From an uncultured Methanosarcinales archaeon (GTDB taxonomy: Archaea > Nanobdellota > Nanobdellia > Woesearchaeales > ARS49): a stretch of DNA of 29,337 nucleotides. Made by a program: the position numbers and the translations under genes. The DNA is taken from NCBI GenBank assembly GCA_964637115.1, contig CAZWVL010000011.1, forward strand, positions 2,114 through 31,450. The letters are read 5' to 3'. Shown here one piece after another: positions 7,293 to 15,481 of the stretch. The stretch's first letter is position 1. Each line of letters starts with the position of its first letter. The notes under the pieces were generated by a model. The model saw nothing but the letters and a program-made list of their open reading frames with translations, made no database searches and was not told where the DNA came from.

Positions 7293-7956
7293 GCTCAATA
7301 ACGATCATACTTCTGCCAAACTTTTTGCTGGGAATCCAAGCTTTCCTGAAATGCTCATATGAAATGACATGCTCCATTCCCCAAGGATCACAGATAAAAA
7401 AACCCTGCTTATTGAAACCACGTACAAGAATCATATGAGTACCGATTTCTTTTGAATGATAAAATCTGCCGGCAAGCACTTCAGCAATAACAGGAATGCT
7501 CCTCTGCACATACCTCTTGATAAGTTCGATAGAAGCATTGCGGCGGTGCGCATATTTCCCCGTCTTCAAGGCTTTGCGTTCGTGCTCGGCATACAATTTT
7601 GCAAGGTCTGCAGTCCAAACACCCCAGTCTTCCAGCTCTCCGTTCCAAAAAGTTGTGACCTTGAAGCCCCTCTTGATTAAAGGCATTGCGATGCAAGCAT
7701 CACAAAGCCCTTCATATTTTTTACTTAACTGCGCCTTACGATAAAACTTCACCTCATCAATAGGGTCACCATAATAGTGCAATACCATTCTAACGCACGC
7801 GGCAAGACACGTCACAGGCAGACGCTGATGAAAACACTCAACCGGAAGAAGATATTCGCGCTTTAACACACTTCTTCCACGCTCAGTCTTTGACCAGGCG
7901 TGAAATTCGCCATATATTTCGTGCGGATGCAGAGGACATTCTTTCGATCTACGCAT
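7267..7956 (-). CDS. Peptidase C39-like (papain-fold) cysteine peptidase
   Basis: 'HQRLPVTCLAACVRMVLHYYG' (Q...C), 'GTHMILVRG' (H), 'ICDPWG' (D). Start uncertain: ATG 7956 (GAGGCG upstream) or GTG 7869. Tail-to-tail overlap with ychF. Confidence 0.8.
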   Translation of the reverse strand: MRRSKECPLHPHEIYGEFHAWSKTERGRSVLKREYLLPVECFHQRLPVTCLAACVRMVLHYYGDPIDEVKFYRKAQLSKKYEGLCDACIAMPLIKRGFKVTTFWNGELEDWGVWTADLAKLYAEHERKALKTGKYAHRRNASIELIKRYVQRSIPVIAEVLAGRFYHSKEIGTHMILVRGFNKQGFFICDPWGMEHVISYEHFRKAWIPSKKFGRSMIVIEPILRPLSR

Positions 7957-7984
7957 CGAGAATCGCCTCTTTAAACTGTGCATA

Positions 7985-8096
7985 TGCGATTCGCAAGAAA
8001 ATTCCCTGCATTTTCTGCGCCCAGAAAAGCAAAGCTTTTCTCGGGCTCGGGCCTAGAAAATCGCCCAATATCTTTGTTTTATTTGGCGATTTTCTA
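7985..8096. other. Cluster of intergenic hairpins between the GGDEF gene stop and the C39 gene
   Basis: 8054-8065/8085-8096 perfect 12-bp stem (TAGAAAATCGCC/GGCGATTTTCTA); GCCCAGAAAAGC-AAA-GCTTTTCTCGGGC at about 8019-8046; competing TTTTCTG/CAGAAAA at 8011-8028; TGCG-ATT-CGCA at 7985-7995. Confidence 0.7.
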
Positions 8097-9419
8097 CGCA
8101 TCTAATACACCTAAGTGTTTGTCAACAATAAGGAAAGCTATAACTTTGTTCTTGCCAAGGTGCTTTGCACGGTACAAGGCACGGTCAGCTTCTTTGATGA
8201 GAGTCTCTCTTGAGACAGAACTGTTCATGCAAGTAATTAGGCCGATGCTGATTGTAAGTTCACAGTTTTTCTCAACTTCAGAACGAAGTTTTTCAGCAAC
8301 TTCCTTTGCATTTTGCTGCGAATAATTTGGCAGGACCATCATAAATTCCTCGCCGCCATAACGGCAGCACATAGAGCCCTTAGGCGCAACATTCTTGATA
8401 ATTTCAGCAATAATCTTCAGAATACGGTCACCTTCAGGATGACCTTTTGTGTCATTAAAGTTCTTGAAATTGTCAACATCAAGCATTGCCAGGCTTATGG
8501 GCGAGTTTTTTGAGGAGAGATCAGAAATCAGCGAGTCAACTCTCTTGGCAAGTTCGGAACGATTGTTCAAGCCAGTCAAAGAATCAGTAACGGCAGATTC
8601 CTGCACCTTCTCAAACTGAGAAAGACGAGAAAGAACAGCAGCCAGTTCATAGAGCACTTCTGACACGCCGTCCAACGAAAACAGCTGTTCAGCAGTGCAA
8701 ACAGCGTAACCAATCATTTCTCTATTAAGAGTCAGAGGAAAGCCAACAGTGCATTTTGGAAGTTTGTCACGGTCCTTAATACCCTCCAGCAAGAAATCAG
8801 ACTGAACATTCTGAATAGTACAGGTTGTTTTAGTGCCTTTCACTTGAGCGATGACACGCTGCTCAACAGCTGCGCCAACCTCTGATACGTCAAAATTACG
8901 CGCTTTTTTGTTGTAAGCATACAATAGAACATTGCTAAGCTTGAACTTGTGCGACAAAAACTGGACAGAAGTGTACAAGGCCTTGTCAATATCCTGCACA
9001 TGCGCAATTGATTGAGAAAATTCCAGCAGAAGTTTAGCACGAGACAAAGATTCCTTTAGAATGGCTTCTGAGCGGCCGGCAGCAGCAGCCTGCCTGACTG
9101 TAATTTCTATCCAATCTGCAAATTCATCCTTCCACATTGGAAGTTTTTGCCTAGCGTCAGAAAGCTCCTCATCAAAAGCGTGCGTTTCATCAGTCTTGAA
9201 CGGACCAACAATAATCTGGCCGCTATCAATTAACACTGCAACATATTTGATTCCAGGAACAATGGAATAAGGAGCATCATTCTTACGATTGCGCAGCTCT
9301 TGGAAGAAAGACATTTTGCCAAACACCGCCTGCTCGCAAATGACAGGAGCCTTCAGCCGGGCAGACAAAGACTCTGCCAGCTCACGCCACACCTCTGTCT
9401 TGACAAATGCTGGAAGCAT
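8094..9419 (-). CDS. Sensor (PocR-like?)-GAF-GGDEF diguanylate cyclase
   Basis: 'TDSLTGLNNR', 'LDVDNFKNFNDTKGHPEGD', 'RYGGEEF' (8343-8357), 'TISIG', 'ADRALYRAKHLGKNKV'. The middle region is GAF-like ('GFPLTLNREMIGY'); the N-terminal domain call is tentative. Confidence 0.93.
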   Translation of the reverse strand: MLPAFVKTEVWRELAESLSARLKAPVICEQAVFGKMSFFQELRNRKNDAPYSIVPGIKYVAVLIDSGQIIVGPFKTDETHAFDEELSDARQKLPMWKDEFADWIEITVRQAAAAGRSEAILKESLSRAKLLLEFSQSIAHVQDIDKALYTSVQFLSHKFKLSNVLLYAYNKKARNFDVSEVGAAVEQRVIAQVKGTKTTCTIQNVQSDFLLEGIKDRDKLPKCTVGFPLTLNREMIGYAVCTAEQLFSLDGVSEVLYELAAVLSRLSQFEKVQESAVTDSLTGLNNRSELAKRVDSLISDLSSKNSPISLAMLDVDNFKNFNDTKGHPEGDRILKIIAEIIKNVAPKGSMCCRYGGEEFMMVLPNYSQQNAKEVAEKLRSEVEKNCELTISIGLITCMNSSVSRETLIKEADRALYRAKHLGKNKVIAFLIVDKHLGVLDA

Positions 9420-9444
9420 TTACTTATTGCAGAAACAAGACAAT

Positions 9445-10182
9445 TTAAAGTTTCCTGTTGGAATGACCAGAATAGGAAACATTCTCGTCATCTTCACGAC
9501 GATAAACAGCACCAGACATACGCTCCTCAATAACGTGAGCAGCAATGCCTGCAGTTCTTGGAATTATGAAGAAAGCGCGGGCAGACTGCCAAGGAAAGCC
9601 AAGGTCTGAGATAATGGCTGCAATCGCGCCATCAATGTTAAGATGCAACACTTTCTTTGTTTGCGCACAGAGTTCTTCATCAAGTTGCTTTGCGAACTTG
9701 ACGTGCTTTCCAGCAAGCTTGTGTTTTTCGGCAAGCGCGAATAAAGGAACAACTCTCGGATCTTGATCGTAATGCTTATGACCATAGCCAGGCACGCGCT
9801 CTTTTCTGGAGACCATACTTTTTACCAGTTCTGCTGCAGATTTTCCTGCATTGTCTTGGAATAATCGGGCAGCCTGTTCAACAGCACCGCCATGATAGTC
9901 GCCAATGGCAAGAGTGCCGGCTGCAACAGCAGCGTTGATTGGGTTGCCAGCACTTTGAACTATTCTAGCAGCTGTTATAGATGGCACTTGAATACCGTGT
10001 TCTGCAGCGCTCACGAAAATAGCGTCAAGAAGTTCACGCTCGCCCTTTTTTGGCAAATCTCCCTTGATAAGCAGGCAAATCATATCAGTAAAAGTGATCT
10101 TGCCTACCAATGCAGAAACATCATAGCCGCGCACACTAGCACCTTTCTCAGAAACCTTTGAAATCTTTGTATCCCATTTCAT
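9445..10182 (-). CDS. ccl: Citryl-CoA lyase (citrate synthase fold)
   Basis: 245 aa; 'EHG..VPS', 'HGGA', 'PGYGHK', 'DPR', 'LNIDG', 'PRTAG..AH..EE'; much shorter than citrate synthase; translationally coupled to the alpha subunit. Confidence 0.88.
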   Translation of the reverse strand: MKWDTKISKVSEKGASVRGYDVSALVGKITFTDMICLLIKGDLPKKGERELLDAIFVSAAEHGIQVPSITAARIVQSAGNPINAAVAAGTLAIGDYHGGAVEQAARLFQDNAGKSAAELVKSMVSRKERVPGYGHKHYDQDPRVVPLFALAEKHKLAGKHVKFAKQLDEELCAQTKKVLHLNIDGAIAAIISDLGFPWQSARAFFIIPRTAGIAAHVIEERMSGAVYRREDDENVSYSGHSNRKL

Positions 10183-11075
10183 AATGCATCCCTTATTACA
10201 TTGCCCAGTTCGTGATGATATTCAGCTATTATAGCACCGGCCTTGCGCAATTTCTCGATTTTGTCAGACGGCCTGCCCTTGCCGCGCTCAATAATCGCGC
10301 CAGCATGACCGAACTGAATTCCAGCGGGCAGGTTCTCGGCAAACTTGCCTCCGATAAACACTGCAATCGGCTTAGTGAACTCCTTATTTTTTAATACTTC
10401 CGCAATCTCATCTTCATACGTGCCACCTAACTCACCAAAAGCCACAACAGCTTTTGTCTCCTTGTCTTTTTCGAACAATCTCAGCAAGTCTGCATATGTT
10501 GAGCCTATCAACATTTCTCCACCCATGCCGATAACTGTGCTCTGGCCAAGTCCTGCTTGCCGAATAACCCAAGCAGTCTCATTAGTCATACCACCGCTTT
10601 TGGAAATAATGCCAACAGAACCTTTCTTGTAAATACGCTCAACCATATCAGGTATGCCGCCGATTGGACCGATACGCGAAAGTTCAGGACTTATCATGCC
10701 AACAGCAGCAGGGCCGATTAGAACAGCTTTCTTTTCTCTTGCTTTAGCAATCATTTCAGCAGCGTCGTGCAAGGGAACGTTTTCCGTGAATACAAGCACC
10801 AGAGGAATGTCGTTATCGAGAGCCTCGAAAACAGCGGATTTTACAAATAACGGCGGGACAACCACAAACGACGCATTAATGTCGTGCTGAGATTTTGCCT
10901 CTTTGACAGAATTGAAAACGGGAATACCATGCACTTCCTGACCGCCTTTGCCCGGAGTAACGCCAGCAGGAACTTTCGTGCCATACTGCACCATAAGCTC
11001 AGCAGCACGGGAACCCTCAGTGCCCGTAATGCCCTGAATCAATGCTTTTGTGTTTTTATCAAGCAGGATTGCCAT
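10179..11075 (-). CDS. Citryl-CoA synthetase / ATP-citrate lyase alpha-type subunit (CoA-binding, phospho-His)
   Basis: 'QGITG', 'GPAAVG' (ACL-like GPATVG rather than SCS GPNCPG), 'SKSGGMTNE' (ACL SRSGGMSNE), 'QFGHAGA' phosphohistidine loop. Confidence 0.88.
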   Translation of the reverse strand: MAILLDKNTKALIQGITGTEGSRAAELMVQYGTKVPAGVTPGKGGQEVHGIPVFNSVKEAKSQHDINASFVVVPPLFVKSAVFEALDNDIPLVLVFTENVPLHDAAEMIAKAREKKAVLIGPAAVGMISPELSRIGPIGGIPDMVERIYKKGSVGIISKSGGMTNETAWVIRQAGLGQSTVIGMGGEMLIGSTYADLLRLFEKDKETKAVVAFGELGGTYEDEIAEVLKNKEFTKPIAVFIGGKFAENLPAGIQFGHAGAIIERGKGRPSDKIEKLRKAGAIIAEYHHELGNVIRDAL

Positions 11076-12210
11076 ATTTTTTCATCTTCTCCACAATAAT
11101 TTTCGCAGTAGCGGTCAAAGGCGTCTCAGCACCATGCATTTCAATATCCCAGCCGTGCTTTTTTGCGGCATCCATCAGGATAGCCTTGCCTTCTTTTTCA
11201 TACTGGCCAGAACGCCTAACGACAATTGGAAATTTAGGATTGACTTCTTCAAAAGCCCTAACAATACCAGCCATCATGGTATCAACACGCGAAAAGTTTG
11301 CAATAGCGCCAACAATCCAACAGCCCCTAATGCCCGGTTTTGTAATAGCCTGCTTCGTCAACACATACATTTTCTCATCTGTTGGATTGCCTCCAAATTC
11401 TGTGTAATTTGCCGGCTTTCCCCCTGCGTCAATCAAAGCATCCATGCAAGTAATGCTTCCACCGCCTCCAGCGGCTAGAAAAGCGACATCACCATCAAGT
11501 TCGAGATACTTCACAGTGCCCTTGTAATCAGCATCGTTAGCTGCTTTGACCAACTTCTCACGCTCGGTCAACGGGCGGCCGATGCTTGAAGGGCGTTCGC
11601 TATATGCCCAGTCCTTATGACGCCCTAATGCAAAATCATCAAGCTCGATGTGAGCGTCAAGACAGACAAAGCCGGATTTGGTCTCTGCCACAGGATTAAT
11701 TTCAAGCAGTTTGCAGTCCTCTTTAACAAAGACATTCCAGAGCGAGACGAGTAATGGAGCAAGCGCCTTGTGCTCTTTGAGAAACGAGGCAGCCTGAGCT
11801 TCAGAAAGACCGGCGAGTTCGTTTATGACCAGTTTTTGTACTTCTTTCTGCTCTTCAATTCCGGTGCCGCCATGAAGGCTGAATAACAGAACTGGAGAAC
11901 GGGAATTAGTATCAAAAAAGAAGCTGGCGTAGTACTGTTTTTGCATTTCTATTAGGTCTTCAACCAATACGCTTTTGACTTCCTCGCCCTTCATCGATTT
12001 ACCGAGAAGGCTTACAATGGCGTTTTCGGCCTGCTTCTTGTCCTTGCAAATTTTGATGCCGCCAAGATCTGCACGCTTGCCGAACAAAACTTGGGCCTTG
12101 ACAACACAGGGAGCAGATACTTCCTGCTTTACTGACAGCAGAACGCCTTTTGGCACTACAATACCGTGCTTCTGCAACAGCGCTTTTGCCTCGTATTCGT
12201 ATAACCGCAT
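11059..12210 (-). CDS. Citryl-CoA synthetase / ATP-citrate lyase beta-type subunit (ATP-grasp plus citrate-binding domain)
   Basis: 'MRLYEYEAK', 'VVKAQV..GKR...GG', 'LEINP', 'AGGGGS', 'NYTEFGGNP', 'GAIANFSRVD', 'IVVRRSG'; start at ATG 12210. Confidence 0.9.
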   Translation of the reverse strand: MRLYEYEAKALLQKHGIVVPKGVLLSVKQEVSAPCVVKAQVLFGKRADLGGIKICKDKKQAENAIVSLLGKSMKGEEVKSVLVEDLIEMQKQYYASFFFDTNSRSPVLLFSLHGGTGIEEQKEVQKLVINELAGLSEAQAASFLKEHKALAPLLVSLWNVFVKEDCKLLEINPVAETKSGFVCLDAHIELDDFALGRHKDWAYSERPSSIGRPLTEREKLVKAANDADYKGTVKYLELDGDVAFLAAGGGGSITCMDALIDAGGKPANYTEFGGNPTDEKMYVLTKQAITKPGIRGCWIVGAIANFSRVDTMMAGIVRAFEEVNPKFPIVVRRSGQYEKEGKAILMDAAKKHGWDIEMHGAETPLTATAKIIVEKMKKYGNPA

Positions 12211-12232
12211 GACTAACTGGCAAACAGCATTA

Positions 12233-12241
12233 TTTTTAAAT
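12233..12241. promoter_or_regulatory. Single TATA element equidistant from two divergent start codons
   Basis: TTTTTAAAT centred about 27 nt from ATG 12210 (minus) and about 26 nt from ATG 12263 (plus). Confidence 0.55.
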
Positions 12242-12249
12242 CTCACTAT

Positions 12250-12263
12250 TTTCTTCGAAGAAA
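12250..12263. promoter_or_regulatory. Perfect 14-bp palindrome TTTCTTCGAAGAAA (candidate operator)
   Basis: Read directly; lies between the TATA box and the ATG of the first methyltransferase. Confidence 0.4.
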
Positions 12264-12898
12264 TGAGCTCACTGTCGGACGTATATACGTACCATCACGA
12301 ACGTACCAGAAAAACAGAATTTTCCATTCTTGAGAAGGAAAGAGGAGAACTTTTTTCACAATGGGTTGGCACGGGAAAGAAAATAATGGATATTGGGTGC
12401 AGAGATGGCACGTTAACACGCTATTTTACAAAAGGCAATGAAGTTCTTGGTGTTGATATAGATCCAAAGATGCTTGAATCAGCGAAGAAAAGACTCGGCA
12501 TCAGGACAAAATTAATGGATCTGAATGACAAATGGGACGCCAAAGAACAATTTGACGTAATTGTGGCGGCAGAAGTTGTAGAACATTTGTATTATCCTGA
12601 TTTAATCTGCAAGAAAATAGCACGGCATTTGAAAAAAGGCGGATTGTTTATCGGATCAGTGCCAAATGCATACAATATCAAGAACAGATTAAGGTATTTG
12701 TTTGGCATACAGAAGAATACGCCGCTAGAGGATAGGACACACATCAACCAATTTTCATACAAATTGCTAAAGGACGCCTTGCAGAAGGAATTTTCAAAAG
12801 TTGAAGTTATTGGGTTGGCATCTGGAATTTCTGGAAAAATTGCGCAGATGTTTCCCAATCTTGGCTCATTCATACTAGTATGGCGGTGCGAGAAGTGA
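12263..12898 (+). CDS. Class I SAM-dependent methyltransferase
   Basis: 'IMDIGCRDG', 'VLGVDID', 'FDVIVAAEVVEHL', 'LKKGG.F..SVPN'; start at ATG 12263. Confidence 0.9.
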   Translation: MSSLSDVYTYHHERTRKTEFSILEKERGELFSQWVGTGKKIMDIGCRDGTLTRYFTKGNEVLGVDIDPKMLESAKKRLGIRTKLMDLNDKWDAKEQFDVIVAAEVVEHLYYPDLICKKIARHLKKGGLFIGSVPNAYNIKNRLRYLFGIQKNTPLEDRTHINQFSYKLLKDALQKEFSKVEVIGLASGISGKIAQMFPNLGSFILVWRCEK

Positions 12899-13578
12899 AG
12901 ATAAATTTGTACCCTGGACCATATCACTGGTATCTCGGCAGGTTCTACAAAAGAAAATACGAAGAAGCTGCAGAACTCGCGAAAAAATTTCTGAAAAAAA
13001 CCTTTACCGCACTTGATGTGGGCTGTGGTGATGGTAGAATGGAAGAACTACTTGCACCAAGCATCAAGAAGATAATTGGCGTAGATAATCAGGAGCGGCC
13101 ATTGCAATTTGCAAAACTTTTGGTAACGCATAAGAATGTTGAATTCAGATTGAGCGGGAATAAGCTACCTGTGGAAAATGGAGAAGTTGACGCGGTTGTA
13201 TGCTTTGACGTAATAGAGCACATTCCAGTTAATGCTGTGAAGAGTTTCGTAAATGAGATAAAGAGAGTTCTCAAGAAAAGAGGCACATTTATTGTGACCA
13301 CTCCAAACAGAAAAGAACTGCGCGGCAGATTTTTTGGACACAAAGTAGATCCTAAACATTATCAGGAATTTACTATTAAAGAACTGCAAGAATTGCTGGA
13401 AAAGAATGGATTTGAAATAAAGTGTATGACCGGCATATATGTGCCATTGCCAATCCCATTCTTTGAACACTTCGGAAATGTTTATCCATTCTACTGGTTG
13501 TTTGCGTTTTTGGTAAAATTAGGCAGAGTTTTCCCAAATTTGGCCGAGACTATGTTTATCGTCGGGGTCAAAAAATGA
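12895..13578 (+). CDS. Class I SAM-dependent methyltransferase
   Basis: 'LDVGCGDG', 'GVDN', 'VDAVVCFDVIEHI', 'LKKRG.F..TTPN'. GTG 12895 chosen because it gives a GTGA overlap; ATG 12880 is an alternative. Confidence 0.9.
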   Translation: MKINLYPGPYHWYLGRFYKRKYEEAAELAKKFLKKTFTALDVGCGDGRMEELLAPSIKKIIGVDNQERPLQFAKLLVTHKNVEFRLSGNKLPVENGEVDAVVCFDVIEHIPVNAVKSFVNEIKRVLKKRGTFIVTTPNRKELRGRFFGHKVDPKHYQEFTIKELQELLEKNGFEIKCMTGIYVPLPIPFFEHFGNVYPFYWLFAFLVKLGRVFPNLAETMFIVGVKK

Positions 13579-14231
13579 ACATTTGGCAGTTCGCCTGGCA
13601 GAGCTTGAAATACTCGCCATTACGCGCACTTCAGTACGAAGAACTCAAGAAAAATGAGTTGAAAGGAAAAGTTTTGGACCTAGGAGGCGGAGGAAAGGCG
13701 TCGTATAGTGCGCTCTTCAAAGGAAAATATGATGTAGTGTCGTTGAACATTGATGAGAGTTTGAAGCCGACGCACGTTCACGATATAACAAAACCGTTTC
13801 CTCTTAAAGACCACGAATTTGACGCGGCAATCAGCTTCAACACATTTGAGCACATCCCAGAATTTGAGACAACCTTCAAAGAAACATTCAGAGTGCTCAA
13901 GAAAGGCGGACTATTCATCTTCTCAACACCATTTCTAAAAGAAGTGCACGGCTCACCAAGCGACTACTGGAGATACACCAGCAGCTGTTATGAGCATTTA
14001 CTCAGCAAACACGGGTTCGCCATAACAAACATAACACCACTTGGAAAAGGCATATTTGTTGCACGGTATTCATTACTTTATGGAGCAATACCGCGCTTCT
14101 TACGGCCATTCTTTGCTGCGTGGGCGTGGTTCCTTGACAGCACACTCTCCACCCTATCAGGCAGGTACAGAAAAATGTGCATGCAGGACCATTACCCGCT
14201 CGGGTATTTTGTTTATGCAGAAAAACATTAG
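13575..14231 (+). CDS. Class I SAM-dependent methyltransferase (type 11-like)
   Basis: 'VLDLGGG', 'FDAAISFNTFEHI', 'LKKGG.F.FSTPF...HGSPSDYWRYT'; ATGA overlap. Confidence 0.9.
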   Translation: MNIWQFAWQSLKYSPLRALQYEELKKNELKGKVLDLGGGGKASYSALFKGKYDVVSLNIDESLKPTHVHDITKPFPLKDHEFDAAISFNTFEHIPEFETTFKETFRVLKKGGLFIFSTPFLKEVHGSPSDYWRYTSSCYEHLLSKHGFAITNITPLGKGIFVARYSLLYGAIPRFLRPFFAAWAWFLDSTLSTLSGRYRKMCMQDHYPLGYFVYAEKH

Positions 14232-15481
14232 TGAAGGCTTTTCCACGCTGCCGCAACGTAAACCAAGTTTGAGATTGCTTTTGCAGCGACAAGACCATAC
14301 ATTCCGTACAAAGGTATCATAACAAGAAGAGCTATAATCTCAACACTCGAGTACAGCGCATTTATCATGTATAGTTTTTTCTTCTGCTTTTGCGCTTCCT
14401 GAACACGAGTAAACACAAAAGCAACTGCACGCGGTATTGTTACAAGCAACAATAGTTGTGCAATTGTTATTGCCGAATCGTATTGTGCTGAAAAAAAGAA
14501 TGGAATAAGAAATGGCGCCAGAATCGCTGCCGCCGCCGCAATTCCTATAAAGAATAATACCATCTTTCCCGACCTTCTTTTAACTTCCAGATACATCGAT
14601 TCCTTGTTTTGTAGTGCAAGTTTTGGAAATATGAGCGTGCCTATTGTTTTCGAAACAGCGTAGAGCTGTTCTGCCATTGCAGCGCCGATTGTATAGATTG
14701 CTGTTGCTGCAAAGCCAAGAAAAAAAGTAACAATAATCTTGTCGAAGAACATCTTGATTTCTGGCATGAAGTTGATTACAGTCAAGTGCACGCTATATGA
14801 AGTAAAGTCAGACTCGGTTTTCTTGTTCTTTAAATGCCTTTTTGCAAATATGAAGGCAAACGTATATCCGATGGCTCTGAAACCAAGGTATGCTGAAACT
14901 AGAATCAAAAGGTTTTTTGTAAAGAATAAGCAAGCCAATACTGCAAGAGGGCCCGCCACTTCTGAAATCAGTTGAAATGCACAACTCCATTCAAATTTTT
15001 TTCTTCCAACAAAGAACGCGTGTGCCAAATCAAGAGTATAAATAACAGGGACGAGAATAATCGGTATAAGCAGTGCTGGCCAGACAGTCTCATAGCGTGG
15101 CTCATGCTTGAAATAAAAATACGCCGAGGTTGCAATAAGACTTAGCACGACCAGAATGCTCCATTTGAGTTTGAGCTTGACTCCCTGAAGCAGTGTTCCG
15201 TCCTTGTTTTGACTCACTCCCAATGCAACCGCAGTATTTGCACCCGGAAGTGCAAGAACGCTCAGCACTCCTATGACTGCAAGAACGAATTGGAATTGTC
15301 CGAATAATTCTTTGCTTGCCAGCCTAGCAAAAAATACAGTTAGAATAAAATAGCTTATTATGATTAAAAATTGTGTTGAAAAAAGGACGGCCCCTCCCTT
15401 AAAATAATACATAACATCCAAATCTGTCCACTTATTCAGGAAAGAAACTAGATGCTTAATCTCTTTTTTTATAGCATTCAT
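14228..15481 (-). CDS. Oligosaccharide flippase (Wzx / MOP superfamily)
   Basis: 417 aa polytopic membrane protein; 'ARL.SKE.FGQ', 'DK..V..FLG....AIY..G'; located in a nucleotide-sugar gene run. Confidence 0.85.
   Translation of the reverse strand: MNAIKKEIKHLVSFLNKWTDLDVMYYFKGGAVLFSTQFLIIISYFILTVFFARLASKELFGQFQFVLAVIGVLSVLALPGANTAVALGVSQNKDGTLLQGVKLKLKWSILVVLSLIATSAYFYFKHEPRYETVWPALLIPIILVPVIYTLDLAHAFFVGRKKFEWSCAFQLISEVAGPLAVLACLFFTKNLLILVSAYLGFRAIGYTFAFIFAKRHLKNKKTESDFTSYSVHLTVINFMPEIKMFFDKIIVTFFLGFAATAIYTIGAAMAEQLYAVSKTIGTLIFPKLALQNKESMYLEVKRRSGKMVLFFIGIAAAAAILAPFLIPFFFSAQYDSAITIAQLLLLVTIPRAVAFVFTRVQEAQKQKKKLYMINALYSSVEIIALLVMIPLYGMYGLVAAKAISNLVYVAAAWKSLH

Noticed and set aside
7960-8096. 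Known c-di-GMP riboswitch next to the DGC
   Set aside because: No GNRA tetraloop/receptor pair or class II kink-turn pattern recognised; kept only as an unassigned structured region.
8094-8600. GGDEF region as a Cas10 palm or adenylate cyclase
   Set aside because: The motif is GGEEF with full DGC context rather than Cas10 GGDD, and there are no cas genes or arrays.
9445-10182. Canonical citrate synthase
   Set aside because: Too short (245 aa), and coupled to CoA-ligase subunits.
10179-12210. Succinyl-CoA synthetase sucD/sucC
   Set aside because: Diagnostic segments (GPAAVG, SGGMTNE, QFGHAGA, ANFS, VRRSG) and the coupled citryl-CoA lyase favour citrate cleavage.
11975-12262. N-terminal extension of the first methyltransferase ORF
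   Set aside because: Overlaps the beta subunit gene antisense; the TATA box supports ATG 12263.
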